Positions 38,662-54,068 of a DNA stretch of 64,000 nucleotides are shown piece by piece. The translations under genes and the position numbers were made by a program. The stretch lies in assembly GCA_943704415.1 (NCBI GenBank), contig CALSCO010000711.1, positions 1 to 64,000 on the forward strand. The letters run 5' to 3'. The notes under the pieces are model-generated. The model did no database searches and was not told the origin of the DNA. It saw only the letters and a program-made list of their open reading frames with translations. The DNA is from Parvularia atlantis (taxonomy: Eukaryota). Positions within the stretch are counted from its first letter, which is position 1, and every line of letters starts with the position of its first letter.

Positions 38662-40644
38662 TCACATCTGGTCGATCGGCAGGAGCAGACTGTCGAGCGT
38701 GTAGACAACCGCGTTCTGCGCCAGTGTGCTGCGCAAGGCGCGTGAGCATACAGCGCGCGCACAGGCGTCGGCGCACCTCTGCTTGAGCACACGCACGATC
38801 GCCGGGTCGGCCTTGGCGCCGATCGGGTTGCCTAGCCGCGCCGACGCGGGTCAGAAGGGGCCGCGCAGCACCGTGCACGCGCGCACCGAGCAGCGAGACG
38901 GTCGTCAGGGCGGCCATGCCGTTGTCCCAGTTGAACTGGTTCAGATTGTTGAACACCTCGCGGTTGAAGACGAGTGCGTCGCCGCTCTGTGTGCCGCGTG
39001 AGCGATGGGCGTGCGCAGGGCAGTCGACGCACCACGACGTCCAGGACGAGGTTGTTCGGCAGCATGGTCATGCGGCGGCCCTGGATGACGTAGGCTGCAG
39101 CGCGGCCGCGGGCGTGAGCGGTGCACGGGCGAGCGCGGCAAGGCGTGCGCACTCAGCAGAAGCGTGCGCAGATCATCGTCCGACAGGTCCTCGAACGCGT
39201 TTGCCTTTAGGTATTGGTCGGCCGGCGCGAAGATGGTGTACATGTTGGCCTGGCGCGCGGGCGAGTGAGCGCTGCCGCGACGCGTCGTGCACTCGCACCT
39301 GGTTGAAGAGGATGTTGGTCAGGCCGACGCGGACCATGGCCTGGTAGAACTGGGTCGCGTTCATGCCGATGAGCACGTCGGCCACGGTGAAGCGCAAGTC
39401 GTCCGGGACGAGCACCGACGAGATCGCGTGGGCCACGCCGCTGGCGCGGGTGCCGTGTCAGGCGCCTGGATGCCGACAAAAAGCGGCCACGCACCCGGCC
39501 GTGAGGATGTCGTGCAGGCGGACGATGTTGCTGACGACGGCCGTGCTGTTGACGAGGCCGGCGGTGTTGTTGACGGTGACGATGTTGTTGTTGACCGAGA
39601 AGTCAACGTTGAAGCCGAGCAGGTTGCGCACCGAGAGCGAGCCCTCGTTGATGATGTCGCGGTAGTAGATGACCTGGGGCACGTGCGCATGGACGGTCAG
39701 CACGGGCCCGTCGCGCGGCGCATGCGGCGCACCTCGTTCGGGATGATGTGCGCCGAGAGGATGTACGTGATCAGGGTCTCGTTGCGGAACTGGCCGCGGG
39801 CGAGCAGCAGGCCCTTGAGCGCGGGGTCGACAAGGTCGAAGGCGAGGTCGGTCGGGACGAGGACGGTCGTCTGGGCAAAGTTGCTGCGGCGCGCAAAGGC
39901 CTCCGCGTGAGCACGTGTGCGCACAGCCCGGCCGCGCCACGGGCGCGCACCACGGGCAGCCGTTGGTGAACTGGTCCTCGACCGAGCCGAGCACGGCGGA
40001 GAAGCCCTTGAAGATGCCGTTGGCGGCCACGACCGTCGTAAAGTTCCCGGGCGGCAGCAGCAGGCCGTCGACATAGACGATGTCACCGTTGCTCGCGGCG
40101 ACGACGGGGCCGATCTGGTTGCGGTTGACGAGCAGGCCGCGGGCGCTGCGGAGCAGCTGCGGGGCGCGGCGCGCGTGTGAGCATCGCGCCGCGGCGAGGC
40201 GAGGCGAGGCGCGCGCGCGCATCGTCGCACCTTGATCTTCTGCGGCTGCGAGCCGAGCGACTGCAGCACAAGGTTGCTGTTGATCAGCTGGCCGTCGGTG
40301 ATCGCGCCGAGGTTGCCGAACGGGGTGCTGTTGGAGACGTGGTAGCGCAGGATCTGGTTGAGCGAGTACGTCGACATGCTGCCGTCGAAGTTGGCCAGGG
40401 CGGCGTTGTTGGGCACGAACACGGTCAGGTCCTGGTTGACGGCGGCGGTGCCGTTGAGCAGCGGGATGTAGGCCGGGAGCTGACTGCGCAGGAGGTTGAT
40501 GAACGCCGCCGACGACTGGTTGGCCTGGAGGGCCTCAAGCAGGCTCGAGTCGCCCATCATGATCGTCTGCTGCGCCACGGCCGCCGTGGCCACGAGCGCC
40601 AGCACGGCGGCCGCGCCGCCGGCGAGGGACTTGGAGAGCAGCAT
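38662..40644 (-). CDS. Secreted fasciclin (multi-FAS1) protein
   Basis: Signal peptide; repeated FAS1 motifs TVFVPNNAA/TVLVPTDLAF/TIFAPADQ and NGDIVYVDGLL/GVAHAISSVLVP/VVYTLDSLLLP. Confidence 0.88.
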
Positions 40645-40719
40645 CGGCTGGATCGGGGCCGGGGCGTGATGCGGGCGGCGGGCGGATCGGTGCCGTGCCG
40701 CTGCCCGCGCCCGGCCCGC

Positions 40720-40725
40720 TTTATA
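40720..40725 (-). promoter_or_regulatory. TATA box upstream of the fasciclin gene
   Basis: TATAAA on the - strand ~76 nt upstream of ATG 40644 in very GC-rich DNA. Confidence 0.5.
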
Positions 40726-40961
40726 CGCGCCGACACCGCGCGGGTGCGCGAGTGGCCGCGGCCGCGATGCACGTGTGCGCGCGCGCTGCTCTCGTCCGCG
40801 CCGGGTGCGCGTCGGCGCGCGTCAGCCGTGCGTCATTCTTCGTGAGCGCGTGAAGCCGTGAAGTGTCGCGGTAGGCACCCGACGGCATCCCCACACATCG
40901 TCACGACGCAACAGCAGCAGCAGCAGCAGCAGCAGCACACATACACACGGCAGGTTCAAGG

Positions 40962-43902
40962 TCAGCTGAGGAACTTGGTCGTGCGCCGCCGGTCCTTGCG
41001 CTCGTCGTCGTTGCCGAGGTTGGGCGCGCGCCGGAACCCGCCCGCGCTCCCGCCGCTCTGCCCGCTCGAGCTGCGCGCACGGATGCTGCGCACGCGTCAG
41101 CCCTGCCGTGACCTCGCGCGAGCGGCGCACTTGGCTTCGCTGGCCACGAGCGCGGCCGCGGGCGATGCAGGCGCGCTCAGGACAGACGGCGACGTGATCA
41201 GGCTCGTGTTGACCGTCGGCGGCGGCGGCGCGGGCGAGGGCGGGCTGGGCGGCGACCCTCCTGCTGCAGCCTGCCCCGCGCTGCTGGCCGCGCCCCATCG
41301 CCCAAACAGGCCCCAGAACGAGCCTGCGCTGCTCGCGACCGATGCCGTCACGCTCGACGCCGGTGACGTTGACGGCGCGCTCGCGCTCTTGCGCTGGCGA
41401 CGCGCACGCGGTCAGGGCCGAGCGCGCGGGAGATGTGCGGCGGCGGACGACGCACGTCTGCCAGACTGTCCGTGTCCGACTCGCCCGACATCTGCGAGAG
41501 CGACCCCGCGACGCTGTTGGACGAGCGCAGCGACTGCGACACCGCCGCATCAGCCGGCCAGCCACGACTCGATCGGCGCGCACCCGGTAGCTGCTCGCGT
41601 TGCTCGGCACGCGACTGATGGCCGGGCTCGCGCCAGGGCTCTTCCGCGATGTGCTGCGGGGCGCCGCGGCGCTAATCAGTCGCCCGCGCGCGCGGCCAGA
41701 TGCGGCCGGACCTGTTCGAGTCGGAGCGCCGGTTGCCGCCCGACCCGCCACCGATCACAAACGGCAGCTGCTGGCGGCTCGACGTGATCGCCTCGGCCAG
41801 GCTCTGCGACTGGATGATGCTGAAGCTGAGGCGCTTGACCATCGCGGCCATGTACGTGACCTTGACGCTCTGCGCGCGCGGAGGTCAGTGCGCTGTGCCG
41901 TCGCCCGGGTGCGCCGCACCTGCATAATCGTGTCCGGGTTATAGTTGAACGCCGGCAGCGACTTGAGCGCGTCGTACAGGCGGTCCATGGTCGAGAACTG
42001 CAGCAGCTTCTCCTCGTGCAGGCGCACGAGCGACAGCGCGACGCAGAACAGCGATATCCGGCCCTCGTACAGGAACAGGTCCCATATGCGCAGGCTCATC
42101 TGCCGCGGCGCTCAGCGCCCCGCAACCGACAGTGGTGGTGCGCGCACCTTGGACCGGAAGCTCATGGTAAAGAGCGAGACGAACCACTCGAGCGTGAACA
42201 TGGCCATGTCGATGCCGTTGTCGGTCAGGTGCCGGTTCAGCCGCGGCAGCTGCGTGTCGTGTGCGCGCATGAGCCCCCCCCCCCCCCCCCCCTCGCCGGC
42301 GGTCGTCGCTGGCGCGCGCACGCGCACCTCCTTGGCGATGATCATCTCAAACAGATCCGCCTCAGCCTTGATCCCTTTGAGCTGGCTGTCGTAGTAGTTG
42401 TTGGGCAGGATGCGCTCGATCACGGTCGCGAACATCCAGAACACGTCCTCCTCGTCGTCAAAGATGTTGAGCAGGAAGGCGGCGACGAAGTTCATGCCCT
42501 GGCGACACGGTGCGGGTCAGCTGTGCGAGCACCGGCGCGCGTGCTGCGGTCGCCGCACCTGGCAGTAGCCCGTGGTCGGGTTGCGGAAGCTGTAGGCGTA
42601 GAGGACGCGCCGCAGCCGCTGCAGCGAGCGCGGGTTGGGCCCGAGCAGCACGGTGCTGATGCACGGCGCGCCGGTGTGAGCCGCGCCGAGCGCAGTCGGT
42701 CCGCGCACGCACTTGTACTCGAGCCGGTCGGGAAACGTGCGGTGCAGGTCCGTCTCGATCTGGCGCGTGAAGACAGTCTCGGTCGCGGCGTTGTCGGCGA
42801 GGATCTTGCGGTAGGCGCCCTCGTTGGCGGCCCTGAGAAACTTGGACCCGCACAGCACCGGCCACACCTGCCGCGCGCCGCGCGATCAGCGAGGCGCGAG
42901 GCGGAGCGCATGAGGGGCAGCAGACCTGTGCGCGCAGGTTGTGCGGCACACCCGCGCGGATCAGCATTTGCATCAGCGGCGACTTGCGCGGAGTCTCGAT
43001 CAGGCTCTGCGCGGTGCGCCGGCGCGTGAGCGCGTGCGACACGCGTGCGTCGAGCAGCGCGCGGCACCTGCAGCTGCGACAGGTACAGCTGCCAGCGCAG
43101 GTCGTGCGTGCCGAGCGGCGCCGAGAAGCGCCGGGCGACCTGCGGGCGCTGGCGCTGGATCGAGACGACGCTGGCCCGGCGTGAGCGCGACCCTGCGAGC
43201 CGCCACGGCGTGAGTGGTGGAAGCGAGGCGACGCGGCGATCGAAACGCACGTGCCGCGTGGTGCGTCGAGCCGACGCTCTCGACGAGGCCGGCGAGGGCG
43301 CTGCCGACGCTGTCCATACCGAGCTCGCCCGCGGGCTCGCTGTCGAGCGCCTCGAACGCGTCGATTGGGACGGCGAGCGTGCGCGAGGGGCGCGACGGCG
43401 CGTGTTGACGCGAGCCGCGTGGGCCGGAGCCGGTGCTCACGGCCGAGCCGCGCCGGCTGTCGAGCAGGAGCAGAGACATGGACGGGAGGCGGTCGAGCGC
43501 GTCGTCGACGTCGTCGTCGTCGCCGTGCTCGACGTCGTTGTCGTTGTCGTTGTCGTCGCGCTCATCGTCGGCCGCGTGCTCGTCGGCAGCGGGCGCGGCG
43601 CCGGCCCCCGTCGCCGTGCCGCGCATACTGTCGTCGCTGCCGCCGGCGCTGGTGACGCTGCGGCTGCGCAGGCGCGCGTGCAGGAGGCTGGCCGTGCGCA
43701 GCCCCTCGGGCTTGACGAGCGGCGCGGGCGGCGCGGCGAGGGGCTGCGACCCCGTGCTGCTGATCGTGCTGCTGCTGTGCGTCGCTACGCCGCCGTCGTC
43801 GCCGCCGCCGAGCACGCACAACGCAGGGCCACCGCTACCGCCGGCGAGCTCGTCGCCGTCCTCGTCGCTGTCCTGCGGGCACTCGAGCGCGTCGTAGTCC
43901 AT
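40962..43902 (-). CDS. TBC-domain Rab-GAP with low-complexity termini
   Basis: [82 protein letters not shown]. Start uncertain. Confidence 0.9.
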
Positions 43903-44011
43903 TGGGCCCCACGTGCGAGCGCAAAGAGCTCCGTGCGACGTGGCCACGTGGACGATCTTCTCTCGACCTTGGAAGGACGCCAAGTGCATGGACAAGACGA
44001 CAAGAGCTCGC

Positions 44012-47000
44012 TCACTGCATCATCTCGACGTAGTTGGCTGCGTGCGCGGGCGGCGGCGTGTGAGCGGCGGTGCAGGGCAGGAGGGACAGGCGCGGCGCAC
44101 CGGGGAAGAGGCCCTTGCGGCCCTTGCACGTGCCCTCCCACCAGCCCTCGTTGTCCTTGCTCGTGATCGTGATGACGTCCCCGGCCTCGAGCGTGAGCTC
44201 GTCGGCCTCCGTCGCGCTGTAGTTGTAGAGCGCCTTGCACCGCGGCAGGTTGGGCTGCGTGGACCGCTGATGAGCGCAAACAAGCGCAATGTCGGGCGCG
44301 CGCGCACCTTGGCCGTCGGCGGCGGCGGGCGCGCGCCACCGGCAGCGGCGGGACGCGGGGCCGGCCGGCCTGCAGACGCGCGCGAGAGACCGTCAGGCGG
44401 GCAGTCACGCGGGGCGCCGCAAAAGCGTCACACACCGCCGATGCCGGCGCCGGCGCCGGGCGGCCGCACGCCCATAACCATCTGTGGCGTCGCGGCCGGG
44501 GCCCCAGGCGCTGCCGCGGCCGACGCCGCCGGACTGGGCCGCGCGACCGGAGGCCGGCCGCCCATCATGGCCATGCCCATCTGCGGCGGGCCGCCCGCGC
44601 CCGCGCCCGGCGGACGCATGCCGCCCATGCCCATCGCCGGGCCGGCGGGGCGCGGCTGCTGCATCTGCTGCGGGGGCGGCTGGTACGCCTGCTGCTGCTG
44701 CGGCGGCGGCTGCTGGTACGCCGGCTGCTGATACGCTGGCTGCTGGTACGCCGGCTGCTGGGCCGGCGCAGGCCGCGGCGGGCCGCGCTGGCCGCCCTGC
44801 TGCGGTGCCGCGCGGCGCTGCTGCTGCGGCGCGGCCGCGGGCTGCATGTTGCGCGAGTCCTTGGGCATGCCTGCCGTGCGTGCGCGCGCGCGCGCTCGCG
44901 TCAGCGGACGTGGCGGCAACGGGCCTGCGCGCCGCGCATGCCTGTGGGGACGTGCACCGTGCCCGACTTCATCGTGGGCACGCGCATCTGCTCGTTGCGC
45001 TGGAACTTGATCGCGCCCTTCTTGCCCTTCTTGATCAGGTACTGGATGCTGTGCGCACGAAACGACGCGTCAGCAGAAGCCACGCTCCGCGCACGCCGCG
45101 CACTTGTCGTTAAACATGACGCGCAGCTGCCGGCCATTCTCGCGCAGCTTCTCGGACAGCAGCGTCACCAGCTCGGTCTTGAACACGGTCTCGAAGACCT
45201 GGTCGTAGTCGGACGGGACGTGCACGCAGACGTAGTCGTCCGCGAGCGTGCTCATAGACACGGCCTCGATCGTCGTGAGCTGGATCTGGCGCTTGAACAT
45301 GTACATGGGCTTGCCCTTGTTGGGGCCGTCCTTGGCCTGCTCAGATCGCGTAAGCAAACAGGCGTCGTCGTTGTCGCGCGCGCGCGCACCGGCTCGAGTG
45401 CGATGATGGCCAGCTGCTTGTTGGTCATGAGCACGATGCGCGACTGCGGCTTGTACCGCCGGTCGTATTTGATCACGCGGTCGGCAAAGATTACGCGCTC
45501 CTGCTTGCCTGGTGGGGAGCGGCGGCTCAGCCCGGCGAGCGCGTGCAGGGCCCCGGCGCGCGCACCCATCAGCGTCCGCAGCGCGGGGTTGTCCATGAAC
45601 CCGATGTAGTCGCCGATGTAGTCGCGCTTGAGCGAGATGCGCTTGCGCTCCTTCTGGCCGTACAGGATGTCCTGGGCTGTGTGCGCCGAGCAATCGGCAT
45701 GCGCCCCGCACGAGAGCCGCGGGGCGCCCCGCACGCACACTTGGCCTTGAGCTCGAGGAAGTACTTGCGCGCCTTCCACGTGCGGTACGCACGCTGGATC
45801 TTGACCGCGAACGTGTGATACTTGCGCGCGCGCAGCTCCTCGAGCATAAATAGCTGCGCGCGCGCCGCGCTAACGCTCAGCCCCCCTCGCGCCTCGCCGC
45901 GGCACACCGCGCACCGACTCGGGCGACTTGATGAACAGCTTTGTGCGGCCGAGCTGGTACTGCGTCGCGTCCATCTCGACCGCGCGCCTGGGCGTGGCAA
46001 TAGTCAGCGGGCGGTGCGATGCAACGGGCCACGTGCGAGCACACACATCATGTGCTGCACGCCCTGCTGCGGCTGGCCCTGCCAGTGCGGGAACGTCTCG
46101 GGCGTGAGGATCGCGTAGCGGCGCAGGAACTTGTCGAACGGCTGGCGATAGGCGAAGCCGGCGCGGCGGATGCGGATGTTCTCCTTGAGGTTAAGGTAGC
46201 GCACCTGGTGCATTACGCTGATGCGCATACACGTGCGCATCAGCGACGGGGTAGCGCAGCGCGGCAGCCGCGCACCGCTGCTGGTCCCAGTCGCGCGGCC
46301 GCTTGGTCTCGTTGGGCTTGATGCAGCGGATATAGTGCGGCGTGCACTTCATGAGCGTGTCGACGAGCAGGTTGGCCTGGTTCTGCGTTGCGCGCCGTCC
46401 CACGCGGTGTGAGCACGCTGCGCAGCACTGGGCGGCGCAGGTGTCACTGCCACGCACGCGGATCTTGAACGCCGCCGTCGTCGGGCGCTTTTTGTCGTCC
46501 TGCGTCGTGTCCTCGGGGAACAACGAGCGCGCAAACGCGTTGTTGGTCGTCTGCATCAGCTGGATCAGGTCCTTGTACAGCGTGTCGCGGTTCGACTCGC
46601 AGAAGCCGTCCGACGTGTACGTGACCTGCCGCGTACGTGCGCGCGCGCGCGCGCACGCGTGTCATGCCGCAGCAACGCGCCACAAGCAGGTGCCGCACGT
46701 TGCCAGCGTAGTGCTTGATCATGAACGCGCCCGTGAGCGCGTTGAAGTGCGGGTTCGACACCTGGCCCGACGCCTTCTCCACAAACTTGTTGTCGGCGCC
46801 GTCCGACTGCGCGTGCATCGTCGCGCACACGTCGTCGAGCACGGCCATGAGCCCGACGGGTTTCTGCGGCGCGTGTGTGTCAGTGCGCTTATCGAACGGA
46901 GCACGCGACCGCACCTTGCCCTCGATCAGCTCGCACACGATCTTGTTGTTGAAAAAGTCGATCGGCGTCCACTGGATGCCCTCGGCCGCGTACTCCTCCT

Positions 47001-49004
47001 GCTCGGCCTTGAGCGTGAGCTCGATGAAGATCTGCTGCAGCTTTTCGTTGACGTAGTTGATGCAGAACTGCTCAAAACCGTTTTTCTGTCGGCGGCGGGC
47101 AGAGAGCGTCAGCCGCTGCAACACGGCCCACTCGCGGGCAAAGACGCACGTCGAAGATCTCGAAGCCGTAGATGTCGAGCACGCCCAGGGCGATCTCGGA
47201 CTTGGCCTTGACGAGCTTGCGATTGACGGCCTCGACGATCCAGTCAAACACGCGGCTGTAGATGGCCTTGGCAAGCGCGTTGCGCGTGAAGGCGGCCTGC
47301 GGCACGGGGCGTCAGTGCTGTGCCGATCGCGCGCAACGACCCGACGTGCCTGGTCGAGGTTGAGCGGCACATCGTACATGGACGACCGACCGCCGCCGCC
47401 GCCCGTCTGCATGAGGCGGCTGTGCGCGCACGCGCACGAGTCAGCGTTGGCGTGCCGCTGCGTGCAGGCACACGGCGGCCGCGCGCACCTGGTCAGCTTG
47501 TTGTTGAGCGAGCCGGCGTCGATGCCGAGCAGGTACGCCGGGTACTCGAGGACTGCAGGCGGCAGCGCCGGCGGCGACGGGTCAGCTCGCGCGCGCGGGA
47601 TGCGCGGCCCGCGCACGCACAGCTCGCGTCGCGCACGACCGCGTTGTTGCCCTTCTCAACGAAGGAGATGTTGCCGAGGTGCAGGATCGCGCCCATGAGC
47701 TGCAGGATGCCCTGCTGCTGCTGGCCGTCGATGCCGCACACCTCCATCGCGTGCTGGGAGCGCTGCGTGAGCCACCTGCGAGCGCCCTGTCGCCGCGGCA
47801 CGCACTCGCATCTCCTTGTAGTCCTTCGGGTCATCCTGGCCGTCGGCATCGTACGTGCCGCCCTGGTTCAGGTAGAAGAAGTTCTCCGGCCCCGACAGCC
47901 CGAGCCATTCTGCGGCGGCGCGCGTCAGTTCCACGCGCGCGTCAGGCCGCGACGGGACCGCGCACCGCGCTCCTCCTTGCTGCAGCCCTTGGTCATCTGG
48001 TAAAAGATATGGAAGTTGCGCTCGCCCGCCTGCTGGTAGACGACGCGCGACTGGGCGGGCGGGCCGCGTGCGGTCAGCGCACGAGTGATCCGGCAGCCAG
48101 CCGCGCACCTTCTCGAGCAGGAAGTTGAGGATCTTGCCGCCGTCGGGCACACCGCCGCGGCTGAACTCGATCTGGAAGTACTTGCCCTGCGCGCGTGCGG
48201 CCGTGAGTGCCTCGGTGCAGCGGCCGGTGGCACGGTGCGCGACGCACGAAGCGCGACGAGTTGTTGTTGCGCACGGTCTTGGCGTTGCCGAAGGCCTCGA
48301 GCAGCGGGTTGGACTCGAGGATGATGTGCTTGATGTTCTCGAGCCCGGGCGCCTTGGGTGCGACCGCGGCGATGTACGACATGATGTACTTGGCCGAGAC
48401 GGTCTTGCCTGACGCGCGCGGCGCGGGCTATGAGCGACTCGGGCAGTGACGGCGCACATGCCGCACGCACCCGCGCCCGACTCGCCCGAGATGATCACGC
48501 ACTGGTTCTCGCCGTCGATGAGCATGTCGCGGTACATGTGGTCCGTTAGGGCGTAGATATGCGGCGGGACCTCGTGGGGTGTCTGCGTGCGGCCGCGCGT
48601 GTCAGGTCGCGCGAGGCCACGTGCGCGCGAGGGCGGGACGCACGCAGCCGTTGTACATGTCGATCTCGTTCTGCGTGAAGTACGGCACGCTCTTGTACGG
48701 GTTGACGGCGATGAGGATCGGCCCGATGTAGGTCTGAGGGGCGCGCGAGGAGTGAGCACACACGCGCACGGGCACACGAGCGGCACCCACGTAGATCAGG
48801 TCGTCGTTGTAGCGCTTCTTGATGTTCTCGACGATCGCGTCCTCCGAGATCTTGCTGATAAGCACCATGTCCTCCAGGCCGCTCGAGCCCTTGCCCGTCT
48901 TGGCGTCGTAGTCGAACTTGCGGAACTGGGCGGTGGCGTGTGCGCGACGCGACGCGGTGAGGCGTGACGGCCGCTTGCGGGCCGCGTGTGCGCGCGCGCA
49001 CCAT
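44012..49004 (-). CDS. MYO1: Class I myosin, long-tailed (motor, IQ, TH1, GPA/Q-rich, SH3)
   Basis: [81 protein letters not shown]3 [27 protein letters not shown]. Confidence 0.96.
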
Positions 49005-49342
49005 GGCTGCGGCTGCTCGCTTGCGTCCTTCTCTTCGTTGCCGTGCGCGTGCCGCTCGCCACCGCGTGCACCGCCGCCCTGTGCGCCGTGCGGTGCGTCG
49101 CGCGCGTGTGAGAGAGCGCGCTGCCCACCGAGCGTGTTGTTGCTACTGTGCGCGCTCTGCTGCTGCGCGCCCGCCGCCGCCCGCCGCCGCCCGCCACCCG
49201 GCAGAGCACCCGCGTGGTGACCCCGCGCGGTGAACCCGCGCGGTGCACGCCCGGCCGCCCCCTCCCGCGCCCGCCGCACAGCCGCAAGCGCGCGCTCTGC
49301 TGTACACCAAGAAAAGCGCACGCGTCCAACCACAACAGCCAA

Positions 49343-50881
<1,539 letters not shown>

Positions 50882-50907
50882 CACAGTTGGCAATTTCGGC
50901 GTGCCTG

Positions 50908-53706
50908 ATGGGCATCATCACGTACAAGTTCAAGGCGGAGGTCGCCGAGGACACGCTCACGTTTGACGGCTTCGGCCTCAAGCTGTCGGAGCTGAAGCGC
51001 CAGGTGCCGCCGCGCGCCGTCACCGTGCAAGCGCGCCTCACGCGCGCGGCCGCGCAGATATTCCTCAAGAAGAAGTTTGGCAAGGAGCAGGACCTCGACT
51101 TCAAGATCACCAATGCCGCGACCAACGACGGTGCGGCGAGACGCGCGCCGTCTTCGCCCCGCGCCGCGCTCAGCAGCCGCGCGCAGAGTACACGGACGAG
51201 GAACAGATCGTGCCGCGCAACACGACGGTCGTGGTGCAGCGTGTGCCGGCGGGGCCGCTGGGCGGGATCAAGCGCTACCTCGACGCGGCAACGTGCGCTC
51301 CATGTTCTCTTTCGCCGGCGCACGACGCTTAACTGGCGCTGTCCGCCCCGCCAGCGCCGAGACGGCCTCGGCCGGCATGCAGAAGGTGCCGACGCACACG
51401 CGGCCGTGCACGCGGCTGACGCGCCCCCGTCGCGCAGTTCTCGTCCGCCTTTGCCGAGAGCGTCGTGAGTATCTCGAACCGCAACGCGTCTGAGCAGGAG
51501 CGCCTAAGCGAGATGCAGAAGATGCAGGCGCTCGAGCTGTCGGTCATGTGCGTCGCGCGCACGAGAGAGAGGACGCACGCGCGCACACGCTAACCCCGGC
51601 TGCGCCCGCCGCAGGTCCACCCAGCCAATGCCGCGCTCAAACTACGGCCAACGCGCCGTGCCGCCCGACTCGTACGTGTGCTACCGCTGCAACCTCAAGG
51701 GTGCGCACGCCGTGTCCGCGCACGTGCGTGGAGGAGCGCCTGAGCGTGGCGCGCGCGCAGGCCACTACAACCGCGACTGCCCGTACGCCAAGGATCTGCT
51801 CATGAACCGGCCGAACGCGCTCGCGGAGAGGTTCGCGCGCGCGTGCGCCTGTGTGGTCCTGACGTGTGTGCGCCCCCCCTACAGCCAGCTGTTCCGCCCG
51901 GGGCTGTCTGCCGTGGTCAACCTGGACGACCTGCCGCACCCGGAGGGCCTGCGGTGCCCGATCGACCACCGGCTGTACGACAACGCCTCGTCGGTGCCGT
52001 GTTGCAAGAGCAACTTCTGTGATCATTGTAAGCCCGCGCCCGCACCCGTCTGCCTCCCCTCCCGGCCAAACGCCCTCTTTGCCCTGCCCCGCCCCGCCCT
52101 GCCCTGCCCTGCGCTCGCGTTTGCGTGTACGCGATCTCTTTTTCTCCCGCTTCAGACCTGCTGCATCTGCCGCGCGCGTGGGCGGCGACAGACGTACCGC
52201 AGGTGCCGACGGGAGACAGCCGAGCCGCGGGCAAGTCAGCGCCGTGGCCTCCCTCGCTGTCTAACCGCTTCCGCTGTTCCCGCTTGACGACGTGCGAGAC
52301 GCCGCGCCACCTGTCTGACCGTGCGCGGCAAGGCATTCGTGACCACCTGGCCAAGAACGGCTTTCGATGCTTCGCCTGCTCAGCCGCGATCAAGATGGAC
52401 GACGTCGAGCCGAACCAGCAACTGCGAACGGCACGCGTCTTGGCGGCATGCGGTGGGCGTGCAGGCTGCTGACCTTGTCGCGCAGATGGTCACCGACTAC
52501 CGGCGGCGCAAGATGGAGGAGATCCAGCGCGCACGCATGACCAAGACCGAGACTAAGGTGCGCCAGAGCCCGCCATGCAGCGGACGGCTCACGCCGTGCC
52601 TTCCAGGATGAGCCCGCGCCGCAGCCGAAGCCCGTGATCACCGTCGGCGCGCCACGACCGGTCATCACGATCGGCACACCGCTGCCCAACGCGGTCGCCG
52701 AGCCGCGGCCGGTCATCTCTATGGGTGCGCCTCGGCCGGCCATCACGATTGGCAGGCCGTCTGCTGCAATCGCGCGGCCAGTCGTTGCTGCGACTGCCGG
52801 CATCAGTGCGCGCCCGGCGCCCACGGCCGTCAAGATTTCGGGCGCGATCTCGATGGGCGCGCCCCTGCCCGCGCCGGCTGTTTCGCTCGCCCCGGCCGCT
52901 GTGCCTGTGCCTCCGGCCGCGGCCGGGGCGATCAGCGTCAGCGCGCCCGCCAAGCCGGCGGAGGTGCTCGTCGATCGTGCGTTGCGCACGTCCGCCGCTG
53001 CGTGCGCTCGCTGACCGCCTGATTGTGCAGCGGTCAACGCCAAGGATCTGCCGTCCGTGCTTGACCCCTCGCTTGTCGACCCGGCCATCATGCAGGCCCT
53101 ACCGCCGCTGTCCTCGGGCCCGCTCCTGCCGTTGGTGCAGGACCTGTACACTGGATATGGCGAGTACTACGTTGGTGCGTGCTGGCTGTAAAGCACGCAC
53201 GCGCGCGTACTGAGACCCTTGCACTCGCGTCAGGCATGCCGATGCACATGATGATGTCGATGCTGCCGATGCCGGTGCGCCGCCGCCGCGGGGCTTGGCA
53301 GTGCTCTGTGCTGATGCGGCGCCCGCGCAGATGCCGTACCAAAACAGCTCGTTCTACGGGCCCGTGCTCCCGCAGCTGCAGCGGCCGCCCGAGCACCGCG
53401 ACGACCGCGATCATGACCGCGAACGCGACCGTGACCGCGACAAGGGCCGCGAACGCGACCGTGACAAGGACCGCGACCGCGACCGCGACAGGAGGCGGGA
53501 CAAGGACAAGAGCCGCGACAAGGAGCGCGAGCGTGACCGTGATCGTGACCGTGATCGTGACCGTGGGCGCGACAAGGAGCGCGACAAGAAAGACCGCAGC
53601 CGCGACCGCAGCCGCGACCGCAGCCGCGACAGCAAGCGCGGCAAGGAGCGCGACGGCAAGGACCGCCGACGCAGCCGCAGCCGCAGCCGCAGCCCTAGCC
53701 GCTCGC

Positions 53707-53737
<31 letters not shown>

Positions 53738-54038
53738 CCACCACCGCCACCGCCACCGGTCGCGCAGCCACAGCAGCGAGAGCGAGCCCGAGGCCGCCGC
53801 ACCCGCCGCACCCGTACCCGCGGCCGCGCCCGCGTTGCGTGCCGCGAGCCCCGAGCCGTCGCGCGCCCCGGCGCCGGACGACATCACAGTGTCTGTGCGC
53901 AGGGATCGGCAGCGCACGGTGAGCAGCAGCAGACCGGTCGCAGAGCGCGCGGCGTCGAACGGCGCGCCGCCGCCGCAGCCACCATCGAGTGCGGCCGACG
54001 AGCCCGAAGGCGAAGACGTTGTAGCTATCTACGACTGA
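50908..54038 (+). CDS. RBBP6: RBBP6/Mpe1 (DWNN, Zn knuckle, RING, Pro-rich, RD/RS tail)
   Basis: ITYKFKA..LTFDGFGLKLSELK..EYTDEEQIVPRNTTVVVQRVP; YVCYRCNLKGHYNRDCP; LRCPIDH..PCCKSNFCDHCIRDHL..CFAC; RD/RS repeats ~53400-53770. Confidence 0.92.
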
Positions 54039-54068
54039 TGTCATTAAAGCATGCTGGCGCATTTCCAA

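Noticed and set aside
42274..42292. C/G homopolymers (also 1-10 and 739-749)
   Set aside because: Simple intronic or edge runs of unreliable length; no supporting structure.
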